Part shown: in pieces, positions 49,203 through 58,242 of the stretch
How positions within the stretch are numbered: position 1 is the stretch's first letter
How the letters are laid out: every line of letters starts with the position of its first letter
DNA from: a virus
Virus record (IMG/VR): IMGVR_UViG_3300046780_000088
Span: 22,783-86,782 of that record
DNA length: 64,000 bases
Strand: one strand, 5' to 3'
Notes under the pieces: generated by a model
Database searches by the model: none
The model's input: the letters and a program-made list of their open reading frames with translations, nothing else
Told to the model about the DNA's origin: nothing
Program-made: the position numbers and the translations under genes

Positions 49203-49233
49203 CCCGGCTTGCTCAAAAGGCGAGTCGGGGTTT
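49203..49233 (+). terminator. Hairpin terminator after the capsid gene
   Basis: CCCGGCTTGCT-CAAAA-GGCGAGTCGGG followed by GTTT. Confidence 0.6.
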
Positions 49234-49255
49234 CACTTATCAGGAGATATTGAAA

Positions 49256-49552
49256 ATGACTGAAGATACAAAGGATGTTAATGGTGCGCCTCTGGTGAAA
49301 ATGATTCATCCTAATCCGCCTAATGGTGCGCCGCCTGCTATTTATGTTTCTAGTGATCCAGAAATTTTGAGACAGCATAAGCGTCTTGGATGGGTTGCTG
49401 ATCCTGAACAAGAGAGCATCGCAATCTACAAAGCTATTGAAGCGAAGATTGCGGCAGAAGCACCGAAAGAAACTTTCCCACAATTCACTCCTGTTGCTAC
49501 GGAGAAAAGGGAAACAATCAACACATTGAGCAAGCCTAAATTCAACAAGTAA
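49256..49552 (+). CDS. Hypothetical protein
   Basis: RBS AGGAG before ATG 49256. Confidence 0.55.
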   Translation: MTEDTKDVNGAPLVKMIHPNPPNGAPPAIYVSSDPEILRQHKRLGWVADPEQESIAIYKAIEAKIAAEAPKETFPQFTPVATEKRETINTLSKPKFNK

Positions 49553-49564
49553 TGGAGTAAGCCG

Positions 49565-50101
49565 ATGGCGTCGAATCTGATTGTCGAAGATGGCAGCATT
49601 GTTGCAAACGCAGATTCGTATGTTACTGCTGCGGAAGCTGATACTTATTGGCTTACCAATCGCAACAACAATGCGATTTGGCTTGCTGCATCTGTTGGAC
49701 AGAAGGATCAGGCATTGCGTGAGGCAACACAGTTTTTGGACAATGCATACGATTGGCTCGGTGGTCGTCGGAATTATAGTCAGTCTCTTCGCTGGCCGCG
49801 CGTGCTTTGGTGGACAAAAGACAACAAGGTTCTGAACGTCAACACCATTCCTGATGCAATCAAAGTTGCGCAGATGGAACTCGCCATCGAAGCTGTTGGT
49901 GGTCGTTTGATTACTGGCGCTCCAAAAGCTTCGCTCGAACGTGGCGGAATGATTTCATCTGAATCTTTGAGCGGCATGGCGATTCAATATTCGTCATCGG
50001 CTCCCGGTGGCATTTCATATCCGTTTATTGATTTGATCGTCGCCGATTATGTTCAAGGTGCGAAGTATGGTGCACTTTCTGGCGAAGCAGTTCGTAGCTG
50101 A
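49565..50101 (+). CDS. Head-tail adaptor (DnaT-like)
   Basis: LIVEDGS..NADSYVT..QSLRWPR..IPDAIKVAQMELA. Confidence 0.8.
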   Translation: MASNLIVEDGSIVANADSYVTAAEADTYWLTNRNNNAIWLAASVGQKDQALREATQFLDNAYDWLGGRRNYSQSLRWPRVLWWTKDNKVLNVNTIPDAIKVAQMELAIEAVGGRLITGAPKASLERGGMISSESLSGMAIQYSSSAPGGISYPFIDLIVADYVQGAKYGALSGEAVRS

Positions 50102-50490
50102 TGCCAAATCTTACGCAGTTCGATAGGATATTTCCTGCCCTTGCATTGAAAATGCTGGCGCAGTTTGGTACGTCAGCAATATTCACACACACTGAAGTCC
50201 AAACTTACGATACATCCACACTGTCGCAACCAAGTGTTAGCGAAAGCTATAACGTGAAGGTTGCATTCCCGCCTGACCCTCGGGGTGTCTACATTGTGGA
50301 TCGATTTGAAAATGGATCACTTGCTGCATCATCGCATCGTCGTGTTTTGATGGCAGCACTCGATGCTCCTGTTGCTCCTACCAATGGAGACATTCTTACC
50401 ATCGGTGGAGTCGATTACACGATCCTGACTTGGTCGCCGATTTACAGCGGTGAAAAAATCGCTGCGTATGAAATGAAGATTGATTTTTGA
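50101..50490 (+). CDS. Head closure/stopper protein
   Basis: Synteny; PTNGDILTIGG. Confidence 0.65.
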   Translation: MPNLTQFDRIFPALALKMLAQFGTSAIFTHTEVQTYDTSTLSQPSVSESYNVKVAFPPDPRGVYIVDRFENGSLAASSHRRVLMAALDAPVAPTNGDILTIGGVDYTILTWSPIYSGEKIAAYEMKIDF

Positions 50491-50891
50491 TGGGTCAACA
50501 ATTTTTCTCCAACATTACGAATTGGGTTGAAAAAGCCAAAGGCGATTGCGACCAAGTAGTTCGTGATGTATTAATTGATCTATCTGCTGTTGTGCCGCGC
50601 ACACCAGTTGATACTGGACACGCACAAGCTAACTGGCAATTCGGTACAGACTCGATGCCTACCGATGAAATCCCCGGTGTAAATCCGCCTGACCTTGCGG
50701 CAGATATTCAATCGGCGAAGGCAGGACACATTCATTATCTTGTGAACAATGTTCCGTACATAGGAAAGCTCGAATATGGTGGATACCCGATTCCCGGTGC
50801 TGGCAAGACTGTGAACGGTTTCTCAACGCAAGCACCAGCGGGAATGGCGCGTCTTACCATGCTCGAAGTGAAAGCAAAATATTCCCAATGA
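50490..50891 (+). CDS. HK97 gp10-like tail completion protein
   Basis: TPVDTG..ANW..NNVPYIGKLEYG..STQAPAGM. Confidence 0.8.
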   Translation: MGQQFFSNITNWVEKAKGDCDQVVRDVLIDLSAVVPRTPVDTGHAQANWQFGTDSMPTDEIPGVNPPDLAADIQSAKAGHIHYLVNNVPYIGKLEYGGYPIPGAGKTVNGFSTQAPAGMARLTMLEVKAKYSQ

Positions 50892-51286
50892 TTGAAATCC
50901 AGAAGGCACTCGAAGCACGACTCGCCGCGTTGTCAGGGGCATTACCGACTGCATGGTCGAATGTTCTTTTGTCACCGCCAGCAACAGCATATCAAAGTGT
51001 TGATTTACTCCCTGCAAAACCAGTGAACCCTACATTCGGAAGCGCGTTCTATAGGGATCAGGGAATTTTCCAAGTGACTCTTTTCTTTCCACTTGGCGGC
51101 GGTGTTGGGGCAGCGCTCGCTCGCGCTGATGTTATTAGGGCCGGATTTCCGCGAGGCTCTTCGTATTCAAATGGCGGAATAACTGTTTTGATCAGTGGGA
51201 CTCCTGAGATTGCTCCGGGGCGGGTGATTGAACAACGGTGGGTTGTGCCAGTGAGCATACCCTATTTTGCAAATATTTTTCCCTAA
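50888..51286 (+). CDS. Tail terminator protein
   Basis: AWSNV..GIFQVTLF.P.GGG..FPRG..VPVSIPY. Confidence 0.75.
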   Translation: MIEIQKALEARLAALSGALPTAWSNVLLSPPATAYQSVDLLPAKPVNPTFGSAFYRDQGIFQVTLFFPLGGGVGAALARADVIRAGFPRGSSYSNGGITVLISGTPEIAPGRVIEQRWVVPVSIPYFANIFP

Positions 51287-51298
51287 AGAGGAATTGCG

Positions 51299-52525
51299 AT
51301 GACTATTGCAACAGGCGTAGGTAAGAAAGTTGCCTACAAAAAGGAAGTAACATTTGGTGTTGACCCCGCTGCCGGTGGCGCGCAATACCTTCGTAGGGTG
51401 ACATCAACGATTGATTTGGCGAAAGACACTTATCAATCTGCTGAACTCCGAACGGATTACCAAGTCGCAGATATGCGACATGGGATGCGCAAGGTTGGTG
51501 GCAACTTGAAGGATGAATTGTCGTGTGGAACATTTAAGGATTGGCTTGCTGCTATTGCTCGCGCAGCTTGGGTTGCTGGTACAGCAATTACAACTGGTGC
51601 GCTTACAACCATTTCGTCACAGGTTGGACCGCCCGGAACAATTACTCGTTCTGCTGGATCATTTATCACTGATGGATTCAGAGTTGGCGACATCATTACG
51701 ATGTCAGGTTGGGCTACAACGATGACAGGAGCAAATGCAACTGCCTATCAGATTATGGCAGTTACAGCAACCGTAATGACGCTTGATGGTTTGACACCAG
51801 CAGCATTTGCTCTCGTAACTAAAGCCGCTGGTGACTCTGTTACGGTTCTTCGTTCTACATCGAAGGTTATGGTTCCGTTGTCAGGACATACCGACGACTC
51901 GTTTACGATTGAACATCAATATACTGACATCGTTCAATCGGAGCGGTTCAATGGTTGTAAAATGAATTCTCTTGACATCCAACTTCCGGCAACTGGAATT
52001 GCAACAATGGATTGGAATGTCATGGGGCAAAATGCACAGTCTGTTGCATCGACTGGATATTTTACTACACCGACAGCGCCAACAACCACAGGTGTTATGG
52101 CGGCTGTTAATGGACAGCTTATCTATAACGGTGTCGTGAATGCACTTGTTACTTCGGCAAGTATTAAGATTGAAGGTGGAATGTCTGTTGGAGCAGTTGT
52201 TGGAAGCAATCAAACACCAAGTGTGTTTCCGGGTCGTGTCCGTGTTTCCGGGCAACTTGGTATTTACTTCCAAGATGCTGCTACTGGTCGTGACGACTTC
52301 TGGAATGAAGCAACACCATCACTTTCGATTGCAATGGCTTCTGATGGTGGTATTCTTCCGGCTTCGATTTTTGTTATTACGATGCCTAAGATCAAATTGG
52401 GTGGCTTCACGCGCGCTGATGGTGAGCAAGGTATTATTGCTACGGCACCGTTTACAGCGTTGCTTCCTGCCGCAACAACTGGTCTTGATACAACAACGAT
52501 CAGCTTCCAAGATTCAACGTTCTAA
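51299..52525 (+). CDS. Major tail tube protein
   Basis: KKEVTFG..SAELRTDYQVADMRHG..SFTIE; followed by a terminator. Confidence 0.85.
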   Translation: MTIATGVGKKVAYKKEVTFGVDPAAGGAQYLRRVTSTIDLAKDTYQSAELRTDYQVADMRHGMRKVGGNLKDELSCGTFKDWLAAIARAAWVAGTAITTGALTTISSQVGPPGTITRSAGSFITDGFRVGDIITMSGWATTMTGANATAYQIMAVTATVMTLDGLTPAAFALVTKAAGDSVTVLRSTSKVMVPLSGHTDDSFTIEHQYTDIVQSERFNGCKMNSLDIQLPATGIATMDWNVMGQNAQSVASTGYFTTPTAPTTTGVMAAVNGQLIYNGVVNALVTSASIKIEGGMSVGAVVGSNQTPSVFPGRVRVSGQLGIYFQDAATGRDDFWNEATPSLSIAMASDGGILPASIFVITMPKIKLGGFTRADGEQGIIATAPFTALLPAATTGLDTTTISFQDSTF

Positions 52526-52535
52526 TCGTAGCAAA

Positions 52536-52572
52536 TGCGAGGGGTTACAATTCTGTGATCCTTCGCAGTTTT
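52536..52572 (+). terminator. Hairpin terminator after the tail tube gene
   Basis: TGCGAGGGGTTACA-ATTC-TGTGATCCTTCGCA followed by GTTTT. Confidence 0.65.
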
Positions 52573-52601
52573 ACCAACGGGGAAACAATAGGAGATTGAC
52601 C

Positions 52602-53042
52602 ATGAGTGAGAATCAAGTTGCGAAGTTTTCGTTTGATGAATTCGAAACGAAGGATAAGTCAAACGCTGGATATGAAGTCACAATCAACAATGCATTTGGT
52701 GAGCCTTCAGGTTTGTTCATCACTGTGCTTGGTGTTGACAGTGATGCATATGTAAACCTGAAAGAAAAGCACGACCGCAATCGTATTAAGAAGATGGCGA
52801 AGAAAGGTCGTGGGGCAGTGGAAGAATTGTATGATGATGCGAAAGGCAACGATCTTGAATTGCTTGTCGCTTGCACATTGTCTTGGCGTCATGCGTCGGG
52901 CGATAAAATGCCGTTCGATATTGGGCCTTCTTCACCGGCTGAAACGAAAGAATTCTACGCGAAGTATCCGCTTGTTGCGGAACAGGTTCGTGTTGGAATG
53001 ACTGATCGTGCAAATTTTACGCCAGCATCGGCGAACTCCTAA
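52602..53042 (+). CDS. Tail assembly chaperone (gpG-like)
   Basis: RBS AGGAG; ITVLGVDSD..ACTLSW..DRANF. Confidence 0.8.
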   Translation: MSENQVAKFSFDEFETKDKSNAGYEVTINNAFGEPSGLFITVLGVDSDAYVNLKEKHDRNRIKKMAKKGRGAVEELYDDAKGNDLELLVACTLSWRHASGDKMPFDIGPSSPAETKEFYAKYPLVAEQVRVGMTDRANFTPASANS

Positions 53043-53377
53043 TTGAAGTTGCCGGTGCACGTTTCAATTTAGATGTCCCAACAAAAGTAGGTGGCACACT
53101 AAGGGACCATCTTGTTGCAGTATGGAATAGAACTCGGGTGATGCCAAAGGAACTAGATACTCCTGACATCCCCGAAGTTCTTCAATACCTGATGGATTGG
53201 TGGCAAAGCTTGAGTCTTAGCAGAACGAACAATGGTTTCGGTAACAATCCACTTCAATATTCCGAAATCGAGGCATGGTGCAGGATCAACGGGATCAAGA
53301 TGGAACGTTGGGAATTATCCTGTATCAGAGCAATCGATATTGCTTATCTAACTGCAATGGCTAAAGCTAAGGATTGA
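53012..53377 (+). CDS. Tail assembly chaperone extension (gpT-like), reached by a -1 frameshift
   Basis: Slippery A AAT TTT at 53012-53018. The -1 frame is open (..TLRDHL..) into ORF 53138-53377. Confidence 0.75.
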   Translation, partial: KFYASIGELLIEVAGARFNLDVPTKVGGTLRDHLVAVWNRTRVMPKELDTPDIPEVLQYLMDWWQSLSLSRTNNGFGNNPLQYSEIEAWCRINGIKMERWELSCIRAIDIAYLTAMAKAKD

Positions 53378-53378
53378 A

Positions 53379-56300
53379 ATGACAGTTGATGTAAGCTCGC
53401 TCGCGCTCGCAGTCGATTCAACGCAAGTTGTATCTGCTGCGACTGCACTTGACAGTATGGCAAAGGCTTCATCTGCCGCTGGTACAGCGCAGGAGTCGTT
53501 CGCCAGTGGAACAAAGAAAGGTTCGGACGCAGCAGAGCAAGCGGCGCGAAGTGCTAAATCATTTCTTGATTCGTTGGAACGGACTGCCGCAACACTTGGC
53601 ATGTCACGTTCTGCTTTGCTTGAATATGATGCATCGCTTCAGAAATTAGACGATACACAAAAATCTGTAGCTCAATCTGCCATCAATCAGATTGCCGCAT
53701 TCGACAGTTCGAAGCAATCGTTGGATGGTCTTGCCAATGCAGCGCGCGGTGCTGGCGATCCTATTGGAATGCTTAAAGGATTGTTTGAGGGTGTTGGTGG
53801 TGGAGCAGGAATAGCAGTAACAGCGATCATTGCTGTTGTTGGTGCGATACTTGATCTTGCGAAAGGCACTGCTGATTCTGTGAATCAGTTGCGTAACTTG
53901 GCGGCTGAGTCTGGAACCAACATGACAGCGATGGTTGCTTGGAAAGCAATCGCTGATGAAGCAGGAGTGAGCGGGGAATTGATGGCCCGCACGCTTGCTC
54001 GCTTGAGTAACAACATGGCTGAAGCTGAAGACGAAAGCACGAAAGCTGCATACGTCTTCAATAAGTTGAATGTCGAAACCAAAAATCTTGATGGCTCTTT
54101 CAGAGATACTAGTGCCGTCATGTTGGATTTGCTCACGTCGATTTCGAAGATCGGGAGTGTATCGCAACAACAATCTGCTTTGTCTGATGCATTCGGTTTG
54201 CGTCAGGCTCTTTTGCTGCGCCCGCTGCTTGTTGACATCGAAGGGAATTGGACTCGTATAAGTCAAATCATTAATGACACTGGTGCTGGTCCTAGTGAGA
54301 GGCTTAATCAAGCTGCATTGAATTATCAGAAGGCAACGACTGATACTGGACTTACTTGGGAAGGATTGAAGAACACGATCTTCCCGCCTGTGATTGATCA
54401 GTTGACAGATATGGTTAAGGCGATGGGTGGCGCGGCATTAGCTGCAAAGGATTTTGCAACATGGATTCAATCTGCATTCAATCCTGATGTTTTGAAAGGT
54501 CTTGATAAAATCTTGACTGTTGCAAATACTGGTGTGCTTGGATTTGTATTGAATGCTGTTGCAAAGTATGGGCAAAAACCGACAGATCAAAGTCAAGCAG
54601 GGCAACCCGATTGGGGCGGCATCGGGTCGTTGAATCCTCATACAGTGCAAGGTTCTCAGGGTGATTCCGCTGACTATGCCGAGAATTATGCTAAGAGCAG
54701 AAGGGATGCGGCAGAGGCAGACAGGATTCTCGATGAGCTTTCGAAAGAAGTAGCTGAAGACATTCGCGCTGAAGAACAAGCGATGATGAAGGCACAACAA
54801 GCAACGGCTTTATATACTGGTGAAATGATTAAGTTGAATCAGGTTATCAATCAAGCGGCTGGTGGCGGAAGTATGTCGCTGTTCGAAGAGACTGAAAACA
54901 AGATCAATGCCGCTCTTGTTGCTGGTGTTCCGCTGCAACAAAAACAAATTGATAATATGCTTCATGCCGCAGCAGTGGCATCCGATCTTACTGATGAACG
55001 TATCAAATGGCTTGCTATCCAGAACGCGCAAATCGCTTCTGATGACGAAGAACAAAAAGCAATTGATAGTGTCAACAACGTTGTAGATCAATCGATAAAG
55101 AAATTTGATGAATGGTCTGAGAAGATTCAGGATAACGTAGACAAGTTCAATCAGGAAGTTGAGGACATTGGTAAGTCAGCTTCGCAGATCAAGATAGATA
55201 CCGAAGCAAGACGTAACGATATTGAATTACGCAAAATCTTGACTGATTTGCAAGATGAAGAAAACAAGATCAATACGACCGCTAATCAAATTCGCGCACA
55301 AGGCGATCCTGATTATGCCAAATTCTTAGCAAACCAAATTCAAGAAATAGAAAATCGAAAGCAGATTGCTGCTACTGCTGTTGCGCAAGCCAATGCGACT
55401 ATAGCTGCTGACGTTCATGCGCAGGATTCATTTGGCGCAGGATGGGCGAAGGCGTTCGCCGCATATAACGATGGACTGACAGGAGCGAAGGTTGCTCAAG
55501 ATTTGTTCAATCAAACTACACAAGCATTTGAGACATTGATCGTTGGTGTGTTGAACAAAACACAAAATGCTTGGAAGACATTTACTGCATCCATCCTTCA
55601 AATGATCGAACAGATGGCAGCAAAGATGTTTGTGAGTGGCATCTTTGGTGGCGGCGGCGGTCCCGGACTTTCCTCGCTTTTTTCAGGTGGAATTGGTTCG
55701 GGTTCGAGTAGCAGCGGCGGATTAGGAAATCTTGGTGGTCTTAGCAGCAGTTTGTTTTCTGCTGGTCCGTGGAATGCTGCTGGTAATTTAGTGACCGGAA
55801 ATTTCCTTGGTGGATTTGGCGCTGCTGCTGGAACAACAGTTGGTGGAACAACTGCCGCTGTTACGACAGACGTTGCTGGTAGTGCTATGGCTGAAATGGC
55901 TGGTGGCGCTTCAGTTGCCGCTGATGCTTCTCTTGCCGCTGGTGAGGGTCTAATGACTTTCGCTGGAACAATTGGTGCTGCAATTCCTGTTATCGGTGCG
56001 TTCGTTGCCGTTGCCTTGATCGCATATCAATTACTGAGTCAGCCGAAAGGTGGGCCGAAGGTTGGCGGGTATGGTGCTGCCGGAAACTTTTCTAACTTCG
56101 AGGGACTTGATACAGATAATAGTCGATACTACACGCCAAACCAGAATGATGATCAGATGGTTCAATTAGCGAAGGGGAATATCACTTCATACAATTCTGC
56201 TTTGTTAGGTCTTGGTGGAAACAATCTAAACAACAAAGCAAGCTTTGCGTTCGGTGCTGATACGGACCCTGAAGGGACTGCGGGTAATCGAGTGAGTGCT

Positions 56301-57359
56301 GGCGCAATTGTAAATGGGAAGAACGTTTACAATCAGCGCAACTTGGACATCGGACAAGGTGATGTCTCTGCCGCACTTGGTCTTGAAGCACAGCGAGCAT
56401 TGCTTGCTGCATTACAGGCATCAGACTTGCCTGCTGGTGTTGCGAAGATTCTTAATTCGTTGGCACCAAAAACAGCAACAGCAGAGGCAATCACTAACGC
56501 TGTTGCTGTAGCATCTGTGTATGAATCGATCTTGAAACTTGGTGTCGAAATCCCGGCAACGATTCAGAAGATGTTCGATAGCATTGATCTGTCAGCGATC
56601 ACTTCCGATCAGGTTGCACAGGTTCAAGCTTTCTCGCAAGCCTATTTGACCATCAGTGATATTCTGAAAAAGAATCCTCTGGCTGAAGCAATGAAGAGCA
56701 TTCAAACCGCTGCTGGTGGAGCGTATGGTGCGCTGTTTACGATGGGCGATTCTCTTGCTACGTTAGGCAAGAAGTTTGATGGTAGTACGGCAGCATCGCA
56801 ACAGCTTACGCAAGCATCGGTTCAGTATTATCAAGCGCTGATTCAAGAACTCGTTGTGATCCAACAAATGAAAACGGCAATCAACGATACCGCAGAAGGA
56901 TTTAAGCGCCAGATCACGATGCAGAACATGACGAACCAACAGAAGGATGCTTATCTGCAAGCACAAATTGCTGGTGAGCGTAAGCAACTTGATGCTGCTA
57001 CAAATCCTGACGACATCAATCGCTTAACGAATCAAATCTTTAGCGATATGAGTTCTGCATTCAATCTTGAAACGCCAGAACAACAAATTGCGAATCAGGC
57101 AACGTTCTTGCATGACATCGATGTCATCAATCAGGAAGCACAGACTAAGCTTGATGCAGCTTCTCAGAAGGCGGTTGACGCCTCGACTACTGTTATCAAT
57201 GGTATCAAGACAGCTATGGACGCTGCCGCTGCCAAGATCATCGATTCTGTGAAGGGTCCGATTCCTATTGATGTCAATACAACCGTTACGGTAAATGCCA
57301 ATGGCGCGACAGCAACAACTGAAGTTGATACCGCTCCAAATCCTAACGTCGGGGGTTGA
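53379..57359 (+). CDS. Tape measure protein
   Basis: 1326 aa, Ala/Gly-rich and helical; follows the chaperones. Confidence 0.92.
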   Translation: MTVDVSSLALAVDSTQVVSAATALDSMAKASSAAGTAQESFASGTKKGSDAAEQAARSAKSFLDSLERTAATLGMSRSALLEYDASLQKLDDTQKSVAQSAINQIAAFDSSKQSLDGLANAARGAGDPIGMLKGLFEGVGGGAGIAVTAIIAVVGAILDLAKGTADSVNQLRNLAAESGTNMTAMVAWKAIADEAGVSGELMARTLARLSNNMAEAEDESTKAAYVFNKLNVETKNLDGSFRDTSAVMLDLLTSISKIGSVSQQQSALSDAFGLRQALLLRPLLVDIEGNWTRISQIINDTGAGPSERLNQAALNYQKATTDTGLTWEGLKNTIFPPVIDQLTDMVKAMGGAALAAKDFATWIQSAFNPDVLKGLDKILTVANTGVLGFVLNAVAKYGQKPTDQSQAGQPDWGGIGSLNPHTVQGSQGDSADYAENYAKSRRDAAEADRILDELSKEVAEDIRAEEQAMMKAQQATALYTGEMIKLNQVINQAAGGGSMSLFEETENKINAALVAGVPLQQKQIDNMLHAAAVASDLTDERIKWLAIQNAQIASDDEEQKAIDSVNNVVDQSIKKFDEWSEKIQDNVDKFNQEVEDIGKSASQIKIDTEARRNDIELRKILTDLQDEENKINTTANQIRAQGDPDYAKFLANQIQEIENRKQIAATAVAQANATIAADVHAQDSFGAGWAKAFAAYNDGLTGAKVAQDLFNQTTQAFETLIVGVLNKTQNAWKTFTASILQMIEQMAAKMFVSGIFGGGGGPGLSSLFSGGIGSGSSSSGGLGNLGGLSSSLFSAGPWNAAGNLVTGNFLGGFGAAAGTTVGGTTAAVTTDVAGSAMAEMAGGASVAADASLAAGEGLMTFAGTIGAAIPVIGAFVAVALIAYQLLSQPKGGPKVGGYGAAGNFSNFEGLDTDNSRYYTPNQNDDQMVQLAKGNITSYNSALLGLGGNNLNNKASFAFGADTDPEGTAGNRVSAGAIVNGKNVYNQRNLDIGQGDVSAALGLEAQRALLAALQASDLPAGVAKILNSLAPKTATAEAITNAVAVASVYESILKLGVEIPATIQKMFDSIDLSAITSDQVAQVQAFSQAYLTISDILKKNPLAEAMKSIQTAAGGAYGALFTMGDSLATLGKKFDGSTAASQQLTQASVQYYQALIQELVVIQQMKTAINDTAEGFKRQITMQNMTNQQKDAYLQAQIAGERKQLDAATNPDDINRLTNQIFSDMSSAFNLETPEQQIANQATFLHDIDVINQEAQTKLDAASQKAVDASTTVINGIKTAMDAAAAKIIDSVKGPIPIDVNTTVTVNANGATATTEVDTAPNPNVGG

Positions 57360-57362
57360 TAG

Positions 57363-57902
57363 ATGAGAAGTCCAACATCAGGTATTGCTGGACAGCTTTC
57401 AGCGACGGTAACGCAGTCTGGTTATCTTGTATCGATTGCGTTGTCATCTGCTACATTATTTTTGACTTCTCTTTCGCAAGGATTTAATTTCGTCACTACT
57501 GACAACTCAAGTGGAACTTGGGCGAGCAAAAGTATTGATATTACTGGAATCAATTGGCAAGCAAAAGGTTCACAAGCTGGACAGATGGTTATGGAAGACG
57601 CTGATCTTGTGATGTGGTCGTATGCATTGAATGGTTTGCTTTCTGATGCGGTTGTTTCAATATGGCAAGTTTATGCTGATGCACCAAATGAAGCTGAACC
57701 TTTATGGGTTGGAAGAATTGGGGCAATCAACAAGGGTGATCTTGAAATTACTTGTGCACTTGTTCCAGAAAATACTGTACGGTTAGCTCCGTCGCGGAGA
57801 GTTCAATCATTTATTGATTCGAATTTTTTGATTGCTCCGGGAACCATAGTCAATGTTGGAAAAGCGCAATGGGTTATTGCTGCGCAATCAATCAACGGGT
57901 AA
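57363..57902 (+). CDS. Minor tail protein
   Basis: Synteny after the tape measure gene. Confidence 0.6.
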   Translation: MRSPTSGIAGQLSATVTQSGYLVSIALSSATLFLTSLSQGFNFVTTDNSSGTWASKSIDITGINWQAKGSQAGQMVMEDADLVMWSYALNGLLSDAVVSIWQVYADAPNEAEPLWVGRIGAINKGDLEITCALVPENTVRLAPSRRVQSFIDSNFLIAPGTIVNVGKAQWVIAAQSING

Positions 57903-57905
57903 TTC

Positions 57906-58238
57906 ATGCCGAACACTTATCCTGCACTTCCTCAATTTGTTGGAACAAAATATTCACCGCGATTCAATATGCAAGAACGTATTTCGCGCAATGGATCGGT
58001 TCGTCTTCGAAAACTTGCTTCTCCGAAGTATGACATTGTTGTCGTTCATGATTTATTGACACAAGCTAATAGAAATACTCTTGTTACTTTTTACAATGCT
58101 AATTCAACTTTGCCAATTCTTTTTACTGCGGTTGAAGATGGTGTTCAACGAACTATGTTGTTTGCTGGACAAGGATATGACATCGAACCGCGTGATTCTG
58201 GTTTGTATAAGGCGACAGTATATTTAAGGGAAGTCTAA
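57906..58238 (+). CDS. Minor tail/distal tail-like protein
   Basis: Synteny; RISRNGSVRLR..YKATVYLREV. Confidence 0.6.
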   Translation: MPNTYPALPQFVGTKYSPRFNMQERISRNGSVRLRKLASPKYDIVVVHDLLTQANRNTLVTFYNANSTLPILFTAVEDGVQRTMLFAGQGYDIEPRDSGLYKATVYLREV

Positions 58239-58242
58239 ATCG

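Noticed and set aside
52140-52601. N-terminal extension of ORF 52140-53042
   Set aside because: It overlaps the tail tube gene and its terminator. The credible start is ATG 52602 with an AGGAG RBS.
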